Notes under the pieces: generated by a model
Database searches by the model: none
Seen by the model: the letters and a program-made list of their open reading frames with translations, nothing else
What the model was told of the DNA's origin: nothing
Shown here: positions 47,363 through 56,841 of the stretch, one piece after another
Layout: every line of letters begins with the position of its first letter
Numbering within the stretch: position 1 is the stretch's first letter
Assembly: GCA_020697715.1 (NCBI GenBank)
Contig: JAEHCO010000001.1
Span: forward strand, 714,149 to 778,148
Length of the DNA stretch: 64,000 bases
Source: Methanobacteriota archaeon
GTDB taxonomy: Archaea; Thermoplasmatota; Thermoplasmata; SG8-5; JAGLSY01
Reading direction: 5' to 3'
Made by a program: the position numbers and the translations under genes

Positions 47363-50113
47363 TCAGTCAGATCTCCTGAGCTTTCTCCAAACCACGGAGC
47401 CAATTAGCACGAGCAGAGGCAGGATATACAGTATGGTCAGATCGCTACCATCATCTGCCTTTTCCTCTGCCACTTGATCCAATGTGCCAGTCATATTCTG
47501 ATCCTCCGATGTTAGGGTCACTTCTTCCAATATTTCAGTCTCTATCTGATCAGTATCTGGATGGTCGATATCAAATATTGTAGCTTCTATTCTTATCATC
47601 AGATAGGTGTGATCGACATTTCCATAGATATCGGATATGGACAGTGTGACATTGTGATCACCTGGTTCGTCAAACACCCAGGTGGTGTTCATATCGAATG
47701 AATCCGCAATTCCATCAAAATCCATATCCCATGAGTAGTTGGATAGCTCATATCCGCAAGTGGAGCTGGAAGCCGAGAAATTGATGGTCATGTTCGTCAT
47801 CAGAACACCAGTGGCTGTTATGACTGGCCTTGGCTTTTCCATCTCGTCCTTCCAATCGTATCCAAATACCTGGGTGAAATAATCGGCTATTTCTCCATTT
47901 TCCACGATGATGCCCACTTCCCTGTTCCGTGTGCATGAGTTCTCGTTCCAATTTATGCTGGATATCAAGGTTTTCGAACCATCGACCACCATGCCTTTGG
48001 TGTGGACCTTGGTGAATATGTGTGTGCCGGACCTGACAAGCCTTGCCTCGATGTCCAGTTCCTCTGTTTCAGCCAATGAATTTAGGTATGCGACAGTGTC
48101 GTCATTGTCATTGTAATCCTCGAATTTGATATTATAATCTGAAGAATCCAAAAGCACCTTGACGGAACAGCCTCGCCTGGCAGCGTCTATGAGGGCTGCC
48201 AGGTAGGGATTGAGCTGTGGCCAGGAACCATCCGCATTTCGCTTTCCCCAATGCAGGTCGATGTAGAATTGCTCGACCAGTATAGTGTCCTCTGCGGAGT
48301 TGATAAGATTCATCAAGGGGTCTTCCGGGGTGAGGGACATATCTGGATAGATCACGGCGGTCACATTCGATGTGGATGTGCTGGTCTGCTGCTCGAAGAT
48401 GGGCTCCAGTGTCTTGTCCATCATTGGGTTGAAGATATCAGATACCGTATTTGGTTCGAACTCATGCACATCTTCCCAGTCCACTTTCCAATCATTGTAG
48501 AAGACATGTGAAAAATATTCTGCCAATCCCTCATCGTCTATGGCGACCCCCCAACCACGATTGCCTGTGGTTCCCGGAACTGGCACGCCACTTTTCTTCC
48601 AATTCTCGGTCATGACGATTGTTGTTGAATTATCTGCCACCATGTATTTCGCATGATTGAAATTGTACCTGGTCTCGATCTTGGGATTGGAAGGGTTCTG
48701 TGTATGCACCTGGGCTCCGGCCAGTGACAACCATGATAGTAGCTCTTCTTCCGCATCCGGCATGCCGCCGACAGGTGAACCATCCACCAGGATCATCACA
48801 TCCACACCTCTTGAAAGTGCGGTGTGAAGTGATGTGGCCAGATTGTAGTCCGTGAACTCATAGAGATTGAGCGAAATTCCGATCTCGGCATTTTCAATAA
48901 TATCAATGATAGCATCCATTGAACAATCTGGAGACACAAAAGCAGTGGTCTGGCCGGATGTTTGGAAGTATCCGGATGATACGCTGGATTGACCAGCCTT
49001 GATGGTCTTGGACATATCCCAATCCAATGAGGAATCCGTGTCCAGATAAGTTCCATTGATCATCATTCTCTTGACTATCTCATATGAACCATCCACCTTC
49101 ACTGCCGCCCCTGTCCAGCCTTCCCCGCTGTGGGTGGAATCTCCGAAGACAAAAGCATCTGCAACATCGAGGCCAGTGTTCACAAGGAATATCTCATCCC
49201 CATCATTCGCCATCGTGGGGCTTGACTTGGGCACACTGAGGCCATCCATGATCGATCGCCCTGTATAGGCGAATTCCGGATACTGGAGGGTCATCTCATA
49301 ATACCGGGTTCCATTGTCCGCTATTGCCATTACTTCGCCTGGCAGGATGACAGTTCCTTTATCAAAAACAGCCAAACCCTCGCCATCGGTGATCCCACAC
49401 ATGCTCAGATCGATGGATCCATTGGTCGGATTCATTATCTGGATGAACTCACCGCCAAGTTTTGCATCCGGGCAGACGGCGGTGATCAGAACACCGCTGA
49501 TATTCCTGGATAAGGAGCCAGGTGTTGGGAGTGACTGGCTCCATCTGTCTCCCTCTTTCACATATGAATAGCCTTCGGAAATGAATGATAGATTGGATCT
49601 CTGACCAAGCTCCATTGGCGGAAGGTCCACCGAGCTACCATCACCATAACTTATGAAATCCACAGGATGGTCAGTATTGTTCCTAAGTAGTATATCGTCA
49701 CCAGTACCAGTAAGCAAGGAGGATGTCTTGTTCATGAACAGATACCATGCTCCCTCGGTCGCATTATAGCTCGGTATGCCGCAGTTGACATGAACAACTG
49801 CGAATTCGCCAGGGGCCAGAGTGATATTCGGAAATACCATATCCACGCCTCCATCCTGATCACTAAGGGTCCAATTCAGGATATTGTGATGTTCCGTTCC
49901 CATGTTCTGCAATTCGATGAATTCCCCTTCCAGTTCCAATCCAAGAGGATCATAGAGGAACTCGCTGATGAATATCTCATTAGATGGGATGGTGGTGATG
50001 GTGTCCATCGTCTGTAATGGAACTACATCTGATGCGGCCGTGTTCATTGCCGTTCCGCAAAGGTTGATCATTGTCAGGGCGATTATCAGGGTTGCTATCA
50101 GTGTCTTTTTCAT
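47363..50113 (-). CDS. Surface-anchored phospholipase D-superfamily protein with lamin-tail and PKD domains
   Basis: Signal peptide, two LTD-like domains (FISEFLYDP..EFIEL.N), HKD motifs HAKYMVAD and HTKGMVVD, PKD domain (YSWD..D..PG...VTL) and a C-terminal TM helix. Confidence 0.88.
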   Translation of the reverse strand: MKKTLIATLIIALTMINLCGTAMNTAASDVVPLQTMDTITTIPSNEIFISEFLYDPLGLELEGEFIELQNMGTEHHNILNWTLSDQDGGVDMVFPNITLAPGEFAVVHVNCGIPSYNATEGAWYLFMNKTSSLLTGTGDDILLRNNTDHPVDFISYGDGSSVDLPPMELGQRSNLSFISEGYSYVKEGDRWSQSLPTPGSLSRNISGVLITAVCPDAKLGGEFIQIMNPTNGSIDLSMCGITDGEGLAVFDKGTVILPGEVMAIADNGTRYYEMTLQYPEFAYTGRSIMDGLSVPKSSPTMANDGDEIFLVNTGLDVADAFVFGDSTHSGEGWTGAAVKVDGSYEIVKRMMINGTYLDTDSSLDWDMSKTIKAGQSSVSSGYFQTSGQTTAFVSPDCSMDAIIDIIENAEIGISLNLYEFTDYNLATSLHTALSRGVDVMILVDGSPVGGMPDAEEELLSWLSLAGAQVHTQNPSNPKIETRYNFNHAKYMVADNSTTIVMTENWKKSGVPVPGTTGNRGWGVAIDDEGLAEYFSHVFYNDWKVDWEDVHEFEPNTVSDIFNPMMDKTLEPIFEQQTSTSTSNVTAVIYPDMSLTPEDPLMNLINSAEDTILVEQFYIDLHWGKRNADGSWPQLNPYLAALIDAARRGCSVKVLLDSSDYNIKFEDYNDNDDTVAYLNSLAETEELDIEARLVRSGTHIFTKVHTKGMVVDGSKTLISSINWNENSCTRNREVGIIVENGEIADYFTQVFGYDWKDEMEKPRPVITATGVLMTNMTINFSASSSTCGYELSNYSWDMDFDGIADSFDMNTTWVFDEPGDHNVTLSISDIYGNVDHTYLMIRIEATIFDIDHPDTDQIETEILEEVTLTSEDQNMTGTLDQVAEEKADDGSDLTILYILPLLVLIGSVVWRKLRRSD

Positions 50114-50416
50114 CTTATCACTGAAGCCCAACTGCCCCTATGCGCATATAAACGAAGTCGATTCTTGTAGGCTATATGTAGGGTATTGTTTTCCATAAAT
50201 ATTTCAAATCCAGATATGATCTTTGTAACAGATGAGCAAAAAGCATTGGCTAGTATCTTTATTTGCTGGCCACTCAGCGACCATTTTATTTAAATTACAA
50301 GTAGCAAGGCTACCTGGGCAATTTATAAATATATATTGTTGTAATACATGCGTATATTGATACAACGTCTGTTGTATAACTATAGACTCAGGGTGGGGGT
50401 CTTTGGAGGAATATTA

Positions 50417-52876
50417 ATGGAATTTGATAGGAAAGTGATTAGCATTTTACTAATCACTTCAATGATATTAGCTAGTGTCGCGATAGTTTCTGAGAACGTG
50501 AGTTCCATCGATGTAGGTGGTAAAACTGTCACGGATATTGCCTCCCTTCCAAATGGGGTGACCATCAATGATATCTCATGGATGGATGATGGCTCAATGG
50601 CATTGGCTGTTGGAGCCAATGAATCCGGTGGCTCGAATGCTTTCTGGTATTATCCAAATACCGATCAATGGGTGGCCATCACACCATATTGTGTCGAGGT
50701 GGTCATGGAATTGGTCCATACCCAGACAGCCACAGAAACTGGCCCCTATGCCCTTGCAGACTCGCCTGTTTACAATTACACTTTCTATGTTGATGATGGC
50801 AGTCTTAGTCAGATAGTGGAGGGCGTGGATTACACTTTTGACCCAGTTACGGGACACATAACAATGTTGGCAGGTATAGCTCCTGCTGCAGATATTTTAT
50901 GCTGGTACAATTACTCAGTAAGAGAATTGTTCGCAACTGAATATGATAAGTTCACTGGTAGCTTCGGTATTGTTGGATCATTTATTGATGGTATACAGTC
51001 CAGTGCATTGTACATAACTCCCGGATCCTCGGAAATGATGGAGATATCACATAATGGTGCATGGCCGACCCAGGAACTAAGAGGTATGGATGTGGATGAG
51101 TACGGCAATTTCCTAGCAGTAGGATCAAATGATCTGGTCTTATTCTACAGACTACTGGATGACACTTGGTATGCGGTTGCCGATAATGAAGGTGAGACTG
51201 GCTGGGATTACAATGATGTTAGCTATGAGCTGGAAAATCATAGATACTACCTTGTGGGTGGTAATGCCAGCGGCGGCGTGATCGCATACTGTGACGCTCT
51301 TGCTGATAATACGGCTATACCAGTGAAGCATCACAATTATGATTCTTTTGCCAATATGACCCAGAAGGCGATCATCAATTCCATCGAATGGAACAATGAT
51401 CCGAATAAGTTCGGCGGAAATCAATACGCTTTGTTAGTAGGTGGCTCGGATCTGGTAATGATCCAGCCAATCGATTCAGGATCGCCGATGATCGTTGGCC
51501 CCCAGATCCCGAACATGGTCTTCGAGGATGTTGGATTTGATGAATACTCATGGGCGGATGCGACACTTGTCGGATGGGATCAATCCACTTCCAAAGGTTA
51601 TATTCTTTATTTCACACCCGGGGAATCCAATATAAAGACACTACATTCTGACTTAAGCCAGAAGTTCTATTGTGTGGATTACCGACCACCGAACAGTCCG
51701 TCCTTTGGTTTTGTACTGGGAGCAACTGGAGCAATGAAGATCAATACCAATGCATTTGATATGACCACCAAGCTCTACGTGAACACCGATGTGCCTCATG
51801 TATTCGATATAGACATGTGGGATGCCAGTGATGCTGGTCAGGTCTCGGTGCTCAATACACAGGTCGATGTCAAGAACACATACACCTTTTTCACGGAGGT
51901 GAATTACACTATTGGAGGAGTGGATGAGTTCTGGGACAATAATGACAATGTCAGAGTCATTCTTTGGGCATGGCATGATGAGGGGCAGACAGATACCGAT
52001 TCAAATCCAGAAGGGACCTGGGCCACAGAAGATAATAGGACCCGGCAGTTCAGTGTCGCATGGGATGAGGGGACCACTCTTGTTCCAGGACAGGGATCAG
52101 CCAGTATGTTATATCCTGTTGGAAGCGCAGGAGAGGACGAGTTCAGGCTGGACAGCTACTGGGTCGATCCAACGGGATATGGTTTAGACAGTAGCACCTG
52201 GCGATTGTATTTCAATATAACTTTCGATAATCAAACATGGGCCGCGGATGGAAATGGCTTTGGAAATGGAGCATCATCCAATATTAATGACCCTGGCCAA
52301 TCATTGAACGATATAAATAGCTGGGATATGAGATTCCAGATATATGACCAGAATTTCGTAACAGCACTGAATGAGAGTTATGAGGAGTTCGGAATATTCA
52401 AGTTCACGAACATCAGTGTCAGTGGAAACCCAATGGGCAATGCACCTCCAGGAACCAATGATTCCGCTCTATCACCATTCTCCCAGATCACCTATGCCGC
52501 GAATCTGGATTATTATCTCAATGTATCCATAACCAATCTTTCCAAAGTAGGTGGCGGAGCAGAGATCGGAGCCAATAATATCCGTGTTGAGATGAATGAT
52601 CCGCAGGCCAATAGCACCAATACCCAGTTGAACGACACGTTCAGCTATTTCCCGGATGCGGACATTCCTCTTGGAATTTGGGGGAATGTATCACAACCTG
52701 TTTCTAATTGGGTCTTACCAGCGCCACTGAATGGAACAACAGCCAATGGTCCATTTGGTTCGGATTACAATGCTTACGGTGGAGCCACTGATCTGGAGTG
52801 GTATGCGACCGTTCCGGGGGCCACACTCGAAGGGATCTATGAGGCTGTTATAACGATCACGATAGGGTACTATTGA
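50417..52876 (+). CDS. Secreted scaffold-family surface protein 1
   Basis: Signal peptide, beta-propeller blades, a ~75-aa insert and the shared C-terminal region. SD GGAGG before the ATG at 50417. Confidence 0.85.
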   Translation: MEFDRKVISILLITSMILASVAIVSENVSSIDVGGKTVTDIASLPNGVTINDISWMDDGSMALAVGANESGGSNAFWYYPNTDQWVAITPYCVEVVMELVHTQTATETGPYALADSPVYNYTFYVDDGSLSQIVEGVDYTFDPVTGHITMLAGIAPAADILCWYNYSVRELFATEYDKFTGSFGIVGSFIDGIQSSALYITPGSSEMMEISHNGAWPTQELRGMDVDEYGNFLAVGSNDLVLFYRLLDDTWYAVADNEGETGWDYNDVSYELENHRYYLVGGNASGGVIAYCDALADNTAIPVKHHNYDSFANMTQKAIINSIEWNNDPNKFGGNQYALLVGGSDLVMIQPIDSGSPMIVGPQIPNMVFEDVGFDEYSWADATLVGWDQSTSKGYILYFTPGESNIKTLHSDLSQKFYCVDYRPPNSPSFGFVLGATGAMKINTNAFDMTTKLYVNTDVPHVFDIDMWDASDAGQVSVLNTQVDVKNTYTFFTEVNYTIGGVDEFWDNNDNVRVILWAWHDEGQTDTDSNPEGTWATEDNRTRQFSVAWDEGTTLVPGQGSASMLYPVGSAGEDEFRLDSYWVDPTGYGLDSSTWRLYFNITFDNQTWAADGNGFGNGASSNINDPGQSLNDINSWDMRFQIYDQNFVTALNESYEEFGIFKFTNISVSGNPMGNAPPGTNDSALSPFSQITYAANLDYYLNVSITNLSKVGGGAEIGANNIRVEMNDPQANSTNTQLNDTFSYFPDADIPLGIWGNVSQPVSNWVLPAPLNGTTANGPFGSDYNAYGGATDLEWYATVPGATLEGIYEAVITITIGYY

Positions 52877-52908
52877 TGGTCTGATAATAAGGCTGATCTC
52901 CAAAAAGG

Positions 52909-52935
52909 CACAATCGGATAATCTATCCGATTGTG
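52909..52935. promoter_or_regulatory. Perfect 12-bp inverted repeat (terminator or operator)
   Basis: CACAATCGGATA-ATC-TATCCGATTGTG, about 50 nt upstream of the TTTATATA box at ~52983. Confidence 0.5.
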
Positions 52936-53098
52936 TTATCCTACTTTTCCCCATAATATATAATAGTTACCCAAATAGTATATTTATATAAAGTAACATA
53001 CAAGCTTTATTCTCTAAGGGGGGTTCCGAAAGGGCTCTGCATGATCCGCATCTCTCAATTATGGGAGGGCGAATTCAATAATAGAGGGGACGAGGCCT

Positions 53099-56000
53099 AT
53101 GTTCAGAAAACGAGTTATAGCTTTGAGCATTGTGATGTTGATGATAGCCAGTGTATTCACAGGAATATCATTTCTAATCACAGCTGAAGATGTTGGAACG
53201 GATCCTATCGAGGATATATCAAGTGCTCCAGCAGGTGTCCAATTGAATGATATCGCATGGCATCCTGATGAGAATATTGCCGTTGCCGTTGGTAATGATT
53301 CGACCAATGGATACATTTACAGATATGAGCCAGATGCTGATAATTGGGCCAATCTCAGAAATTATGTGGGAGATACTTTCAAGGGCGTGACCAGAACCGA
53401 GCCTTGGACCTTCTTTGATGATGCAGAGTCTGATGCTGGATGGACAATAAATTCATGGAGGGGTAACTTGGACTGGGAAAGAAAGAATCCAACAGTCTTG
53501 CCAGTGCCAGGCTCTGGTATCTCTCATGACACTGCATATTCTGGTAATTCAGTATGGTGGTTTGGAAACACCACCACTGGGGATTACAATGATAATAATC
53601 AGATAGTCAGAGGTAGCATGATATCCCCTGTAAAACACATACCAAATATCTCGACCAATGCATACCTATCGTTCCAGCACTGGTTCGATGTTGAGTCCGG
53701 TGGAAGTTATGACTACAGTCATGTCTATATCAAGAACACTACCGACCCAGGATGGACAAATCTGTACACCTGGAACTCTGGATGGGTAAGCTCCAATGGA
53801 GGCGCTGGCACTCACTCGAAGATTTCCTGGACACAAGAGAGATATGATATATCTGACTGGATAGGAAATGATGTCCTTCTTAACTTCACATTTGATTCTG
53901 GGGGAGACGGATCAGCTAATAATTATGCTGGATGGCATATCGATGATATCCAGCTGGAATCCAATGGTATTTTCATGGCTGTGGGTAATCCTGGCGGGGG
54001 TTCTTTCTCCGCTTTCTATACGGATGGTTACAGTCCGATGACCAGTGTGGAAGACCTGGCTGGCTTTGATCTTTATGATGTAGCTGCCGGACCTATTGGG
54101 ACCGCTGTGGCTGTCGGAGCAGGCGGAGCTGCCCTTTACTGGGATGGTGAAGTTTGGCAAGGTCTAAGTGGCCCGGCTGGCACGGACACCCTGGCATCTG
54201 TGGATTGTAATGGCTCGCATTACTTCATTGTAGGCTATGACTCGGGTGACAATGGGATCGGCTTCTTCATAACGGCCAATGAGCTGGCCACAGGGAATTA
54301 TGACATGCACTCAATGCCTGGAGCCCCCACTTACAAGCTCAATAGTGTAAGTTGGTCCAATGATTGTCCGGCTGGCAGTTCGGATAATGGATTGGGAATA
54401 ATCGCCGGAGAAGGAAACATCCTCGGTCTGACCAATCCCGAGTTCTGGCGGCAGAAGGATCCATCAACGGTTCCCACTGGCAGAAGGAATCAGGCCATGT
54501 CCTGGGATGAAGATTACAATCAAATGATAATGTTCGGTGGAAGTAGTGGAGTTAACCTTGGCGATACCTGGGCATATGATATTGGCAATGATGAATGGAA
54601 TAACCTGAACCCAGGAGGCGCCCCATCTGCAAGAGAATACCCCAGGATGGTATACAGTCCAACTGACAATGTTCATATAATGTTCGGGGGCAATGATGGT
54701 GGTGGCTATGATGATGAGACCTGGGTGTACAATTATGCCACAAACTCCTGGACGAACAAGAATCCCAACCCCAGACCCCCTACAAGATCCGAGCACACTA
54801 TGGCCTATGACGAGGTCTATCAAAAGGTCATTCTCTTCGGTGGAAAGAATAATGGTGGAAACCTGGCAGATACATGGGCGTACGATTACCGCACCAACAC
54901 ATGGACCAATATGACCCCCACAATATCAGGAATTCCAAGTGCGAGGTTCCTGAGTGGAATGAGCTATGACGCAATGAACGAAAAGACCATAATGTTCAGT
55001 GGCTGGGGATCTTCAGGAGCCATCAGCGACACTTGGGCCTACGATTATCCCAGCAATACATGGACCGATATGAGTCCAGTACCATCCCCAACAGCGAGAG
55101 ACAGGCATGCCATGACCTTCGATAAGGCTATTGGCCGAAGTGTTGTCCATGCTGGTTGGACCGGAGCTAATGTAGACGATACATGGACATACGATTATGG
55201 GACCAATACCTGGGAGGAAATGACCACACCCACTCGTCCATCTTATAGGTTTGATATGGTAATGGCCTATGCCACACAAGGTGTGATCGTCATGTTCGGA
55301 GGGAACTATCCTGTATCCAATGATGAAACATGGCTATGCAGGCTGAATGTGAACCCATGGGGGGAACCTTCCAGTGTCACGAATGGTGAGAGCTTCACTG
55401 ACACTGCATGGGATACAGCTGGAACAACAGCTATCGTCGTTGGTCATAATACCATATCCGCGGTCCTTTATTCATATCAATCTGGGGATGAGGATGTGAC
55501 TAAATTACAGGATTTGAACAATGTACTGGCTGGCCACGAGCTTTATGGCGTCAGCTGGAGACCTCTGGACCATGGTGCGGAATATGCCATGGCCGTTGGA
55601 GCCAGTGCCTTCAAGCTATGGAGCAATGTCTTTGATGATGGTACCGAAATAACAGTGTCCACTGACAAGCCACACATTTTCCAGCATGGCCTATGGAAGA
55701 CCGCGGATGGTCTATATTCTGCTTCAAAATTGGATAGCCAGCTGGATGTCCGGACAACATACACTTTCTTCGCCGAGGTCAATTACACCATCGGCGACGT
55801 GGATGACCTTATGGATGCGGATGGGAATTCGCGGATCGAGGTAATGGCCTGGTATGATGAAGGGAACACAGGAACATCCAATCCTGAACCGTCATGGGCC
55901 TCTGTTGATAACAGGACCAGGCAATTCAGGCTCATGTGGTTCGAGCAGAATGGACCTGTACCTGCCACAGCCAGTATGCTTTATCCCATTGCCAGTCCAG

Positions 56001-56758
56001 GGATCGACGAGTTCCAATTGGACGGATGGTGGATGGATCCCATCGCCTATGGTGCTGATGGCAATACAAGGAGATTCTTCTTCAATGTCACACTCGGGCC
56101 ACAGACATGGGCAGCGGATGGTAATGGCTTCAGCAATGGCATAGGTGTGCCATCTCACGATAAGGGCGTGGCTCTCAATGATCCAGACAGCTGGGATTTC
56201 AGGGTTCGACTATACGACAATAACTTCGTCAATTCGGCAAATCTCTCATTTGGTGAGTTCGGGATCTTCAGATACACGAACATCACAGTAGCTGGCAACC
56301 CTGGCGGGAATGCACCGCCAGGAACTATGAACTCCGGACTGGGACCGCAGAGCCAGATCACATATTCATCCAATATTCCACATTATGTCAATGTCTCAGT
56401 GGGGGATCTGAACAGACAGGGTGGTGGCGGTAGTATTGCTGCTACGAACATCAATGTCAGTCTCCAGAATGATCTGGGAATTGGATTGAACCCATACACT
56501 GAGATCAATGATGATACTTGGCCCAATGGAAGGGCCTTTACAGGTGCTGGACTAGCCAATGATCGGTGTGTCTGGGGTAATAGAACCCAGCTCATAAAAT
56601 CCATGCCAGCGCCAAAGAACGGGACTACCTCCCATGGACCTTGGGGTTCTGATTTCAATAGCATGGGAGTGACGTACATCAACTGGTGGGCCAATGTGCC
56701 CGGAGCTACGCCTGAAGGTATCTACCAGGCGAGCGTGACATTTACAATAGAATATTAG
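53099..56758 (+). CDS. Secreted scaffold-family surface protein 2 (InhA/MAM-like jelly roll plus Kelch propeller inserts)
   Basis: FFDDAES...LSFQHWFDVE..YD...GWHIDDI domain, six Kelch repeats (P..R....M.YD....MFGG...DTW.YD) and the shared C-terminus. Confidence 0.88.
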   Translation: MFRKRVIALSIVMLMIASVFTGISFLITAEDVGTDPIEDISSAPAGVQLNDIAWHPDENIAVAVGNDSTNGYIYRYEPDADNWANLRNYVGDTFKGVTRTEPWTFFDDAESDAGWTINSWRGNLDWERKNPTVLPVPGSGISHDTAYSGNSVWWFGNTTTGDYNDNNQIVRGSMISPVKHIPNISTNAYLSFQHWFDVESGGSYDYSHVYIKNTTDPGWTNLYTWNSGWVSSNGGAGTHSKISWTQERYDISDWIGNDVLLNFTFDSGGDGSANNYAGWHIDDIQLESNGIFMAVGNPGGGSFSAFYTDGYSPMTSVEDLAGFDLYDVAAGPIGTAVAVGAGGAALYWDGEVWQGLSGPAGTDTLASVDCNGSHYFIVGYDSGDNGIGFFITANELATGNYDMHSMPGAPTYKLNSVSWSNDCPAGSSDNGLGIIAGEGNILGLTNPEFWRQKDPSTVPTGRRNQAMSWDEDYNQMIMFGGSSGVNLGDTWAYDIGNDEWNNLNPGGAPSAREYPRMVYSPTDNVHIMFGGNDGGGYDDETWVYNYATNSWTNKNPNPRPPTRSEHTMAYDEVYQKVILFGGKNNGGNLADTWAYDYRTNTWTNMTPTISGIPSARFLSGMSYDAMNEKTIMFSGWGSSGAISDTWAYDYPSNTWTDMSPVPSPTARDRHAMTFDKAIGRSVVHAGWTGANVDDTWTYDYGTNTWEEMTTPTRPSYRFDMVMAYATQGVIVMFGGNYPVSNDETWLCRLNVNPWGEPSSVTNGESFTDTAWDTAGTTAIVVGHNTISAVLYSYQSGDEDVTKLQDLNNVLAGHELYGVSWRPLDHGAEYAMAVGASAFKLWSNVFDDGTEITVSTDKPHIFQHGLWKTADGLYSASKLDSQLDVRTTYTFFAEVNYTIGDVDDLMDADGNSRIEVMAWYDEGNTGTSNPEPSWASVDNRTRQFRLMWFEQNGPVPATASMLYPIASPGIDEFQLDGWWMDPIAYGADGNTRRFFFNVTLGPQTWAADGNGFSNGIGVPSHDKGVALNDPDSWDFRVRLYDNNFVNSANLSFGEFGIFRYTNITVAGNPGGNAPPGTMNSGLGPQSQITYSSNIPHYVNVSVGDLNRQGGGGSIAATNINVSLQNDLGIGLNPYTEINDDTWPNGRAFTGAGLANDRCVWGNRTQLIKSMPAPKNGTTSHGPWGSDFNSMGVTYINWWANVPGATPEGIYQASVTFTIEY

Positions 56759-56769
56759 GAGGCTGTAAT

Positions 56770-56841
56770 ATGAAAACCAACACAGAAAAACTGAGCAAGA
56801 ACTTGACGGCCTTCGAACAGAGAAGGGGTGATTCTCAATGA
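56770..56841 (+). CDS. 23-aa bridging micro-ORF MKTNTEKLSKNLTAFEQRRGDSQ
   Basis: SD AGGAGG overlaps the upstream stop; its TGA overlaps the next ATG (ATGA at 56838-56841). Confidence 0.45.
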   Translation: MKTNTEKLSKNLTAFEQRRGDSQ

